A stretch of 63,970 bases of DNA, the filler included, from Octopus bimaculoides (taxonomy: Eukaryota): NCBI RefSeq assembly GCF_001194135.2. It is 6 parts of 5 records of this genome, joined end to end, with 100 filler letters (N's around TTAATTAATTAA, not from the genome) between each part and the next. Parts side by side here need not be neighbours in the genome. Positions count along the whole stretch, not along the records: positions 61,636 to 63,970 come from NC_068983.1; 5 more parts are not named here. One strand, given 5' to 3'. The notes under the pieces were generated by a model. The model was not told where the DNA came from, made no database searches, and saw nothing but the letters and a program-made list of their open reading frames with translations. Shown here one piece after another: positions 61,592 to 63,970 of the stretch. The stretch's first letter is position 1. The number at the start of each line of letters is the position of its first letter. The translations under genes and the position numbers were made by a program.

Positions 61592-63922
61592 NNNNNNNNN
61601 NNNNNNNNNNNNNNNNNNNNNNNNNNNNNNNNNNNATATATGTACACACACATATATATGTACGCAGAATGTGTATAAGTTTAGAGTAAATAAAATACAG
61701 CATACAGAAATGCGTAGAAGAAAATAGAATATAACACTCAGAAAAATAATGACTTGTATAACCTAACTTTCAAAAATATAACTTTAAGGAAATAAACGTA
61801 TAGTTTGTATGATCTTAGCTACATGGAAATTAATAAAAGTAATTAATAAAAATATTTCGAAAAGCACGTATGATTATAGCATCTATGATCATAGCATAAT
61901 TTTCTTAAACATACTACAACACATTTCATATTATAATTCATTGCTGTAGAAATGATTGTAAGGAATGTTGGATTATTTCGACTTCTAAAAATATATAAAC
62001 AAAAAAATATCAATACAAATAAGCAGTCGTGATAAGACGTAAAACTTTTCAAATCTGCACCCAGCTAACGCAGACGCACACAAACACGCACACATGCACG
62101 CGCATGCACGCTTATATTTATATGTTTAATTGGATATATATGTATACGAAAGCAACATAAAACTGAAGGTGTATATTTTTATTTGCTTTTACAAGGGAAA
62201 GACCAACAGCGATTTTGAAGTATGAAGTTTTGAACGTTACAGAAGTTACACAGAAGAACGCTATTAACATTTATGTAATGAATTCTAAAATTGACGACAA
62301 TATTTGAAAGATTGAGCGACTCTCTTTTAATTATAATATTTTCCGAAACAAAGCTACAACGTTCCTGTTTCTAACCTATTCGAAAGTATAATTTTGATTC
62401 ATATAAAATCACTTAAAAAATCTTTCATACATGCTAACTTAAGACTTTTTTTTTTTACATGTAGCAAAGTCATTCAGTACGTGTAGAGAAGAAACAAACA
62501 CTTGATTTCTGAAACCCTCCTCATACATTTATGTTTCAAAGGGTCAAATATACCACCATGACACCATTACTCTTTCAGTGTCAATCCAGTAACATTCTAC
62601 AGACGATGTTGATAATTCGAAAATGTCACTTGACTCATTCTCCATAAAATATTTCCCAGTGTATAATAAAGCATTTGTTGAAGGATTTACCAGCAAAGAA
62701 GATACCATGTAAAGGATGGATAGGAAAGTGTATATTCACGAAAATAATCTAGCAGATCCATCAACAATTGAATCTCAAACTAAGGTATCGATTTCTCTTT
62801 ATTCGTAAAGTTAATTTCTGATAATATTCCACAATATTGCAAATATGTTACAACAAATACAATATGAAAATATTCATACAAGTACACTATATAAACATAC
62901 ATACATACATACATACATACATACGTAGATACATAGACACACACAAAATTATATGCATACATACAATATATATAAGATATGTATACATACATTATTTACA
63001 TTTGACGGATATTTGTCCTCGTCTTGTTGTTAGCACAACGTTTTTGCTGTGGGATGAAGCTAAAATAACAGACAGGGAACACCACTGGAAAATACGAAAA
63101 CTAAAAGAAACATTGTTCTCCATTTTAAGAGAGTATGGTTTGATTTCGGGAGAGTTTGGCTACTACTCTTGGCAGTTAGAGCCACCCGATAGATGATCTG
63201 TTGGTGACAAGACCTAATATTATTAGTTTTTTTTTTTTTAGTAAATGAATGCAGTCAAGTTTATTTGTATAGAATAGAATCAGTACGTACTGAAATATTG
63301 GCAGCATTGGTACTTTCAACAGCATCACGAGCTGATAAAGGCGCGGATATTTTGCAACCAGAAGAGATCTAGCTTTTGTGATATAATTTTAACAATGTTA
63401 TTTATTTAGCCCTGATGTCTTTCTCATGGCTGTAACTTATCACAGTGCTTCAGTAGTCAAGCGACGTGTTTTTCATTCATTTCGACAGATTCAATCTTAT
63501 CAGAAACGATAATTCTATATAAAATATAGTAAATACTAATAATACGTGAGTAAGCAATAATATTACTCTAGCAACAAGTTTTTATTTTATATCTGCAGAA
63601 TGTTCATTTTCATATCAACATATATACACGCGCACAAATGATTTTCAATAGCACCACCCACATAGTACTTTATCCTCGGATGTCAAATAGTGACGTGGAC
63701 GTCTACAAAAAGATATTGACACAATAATCCTTACATTGAGATCGATGAAATCCTGATTGATCATATCAAAGAGTCGTACAGCACGTACAAGTAAGGAATA
63801 TGATACTTAATCTAATGAAACTGGAATTTTCATATATGGGTATACTGTGATGAGTAGCTTATACAAACACACACACTCATGTATGTATGTATGTTTGTGT
63901 ATACATATAGGTATGTATTCAT

Positions 63923-63970
<48 letters not shown>

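Overview
AT-rich, gap-ridden eukaryotic draft-assembly scaffold; the SINE families and microsatellite load point to an octopod cephalopod (inference from recalled repeat families, not a search). One protein-coding gene is supported: a + strand extracellular-type leucine-rich-repeat (LRR) gene. Its three exons (15806-17024, 22451-23069, 30847-31235/31239) splice in frame into about 743 aa with about 21-22 LRRs, an LRRCT cap and a Ser/Thr/Asn-rich tail; the N-terminal exon and any TM exon were not found. The rest is mobile DNA: four or more tRNA-derived SINE families, two decayed mariners, a decayed hAT transposase with matching MITEs, and RTE, CR1-like, R4-like, L1/Tx1-like and Penelope (GIY-YIG) fragments. 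There is also a 9-bp-TSD element carrying (CCCTAA)6. The most interesting signals are hammerhead-ribozyme-like motifs: a canonical core at 35178-35253, a tandem pair at 51134-51610, and variants at 43475-43513 and 3999-4098. These suggest Penelope/retrozyme-type elements. Five TTAATTAATTAA linkers and three gap-flanking duplications are probably assembly artefacts. All identifications are by eye; no database searches were run, and many repeat boundaries are approximate.
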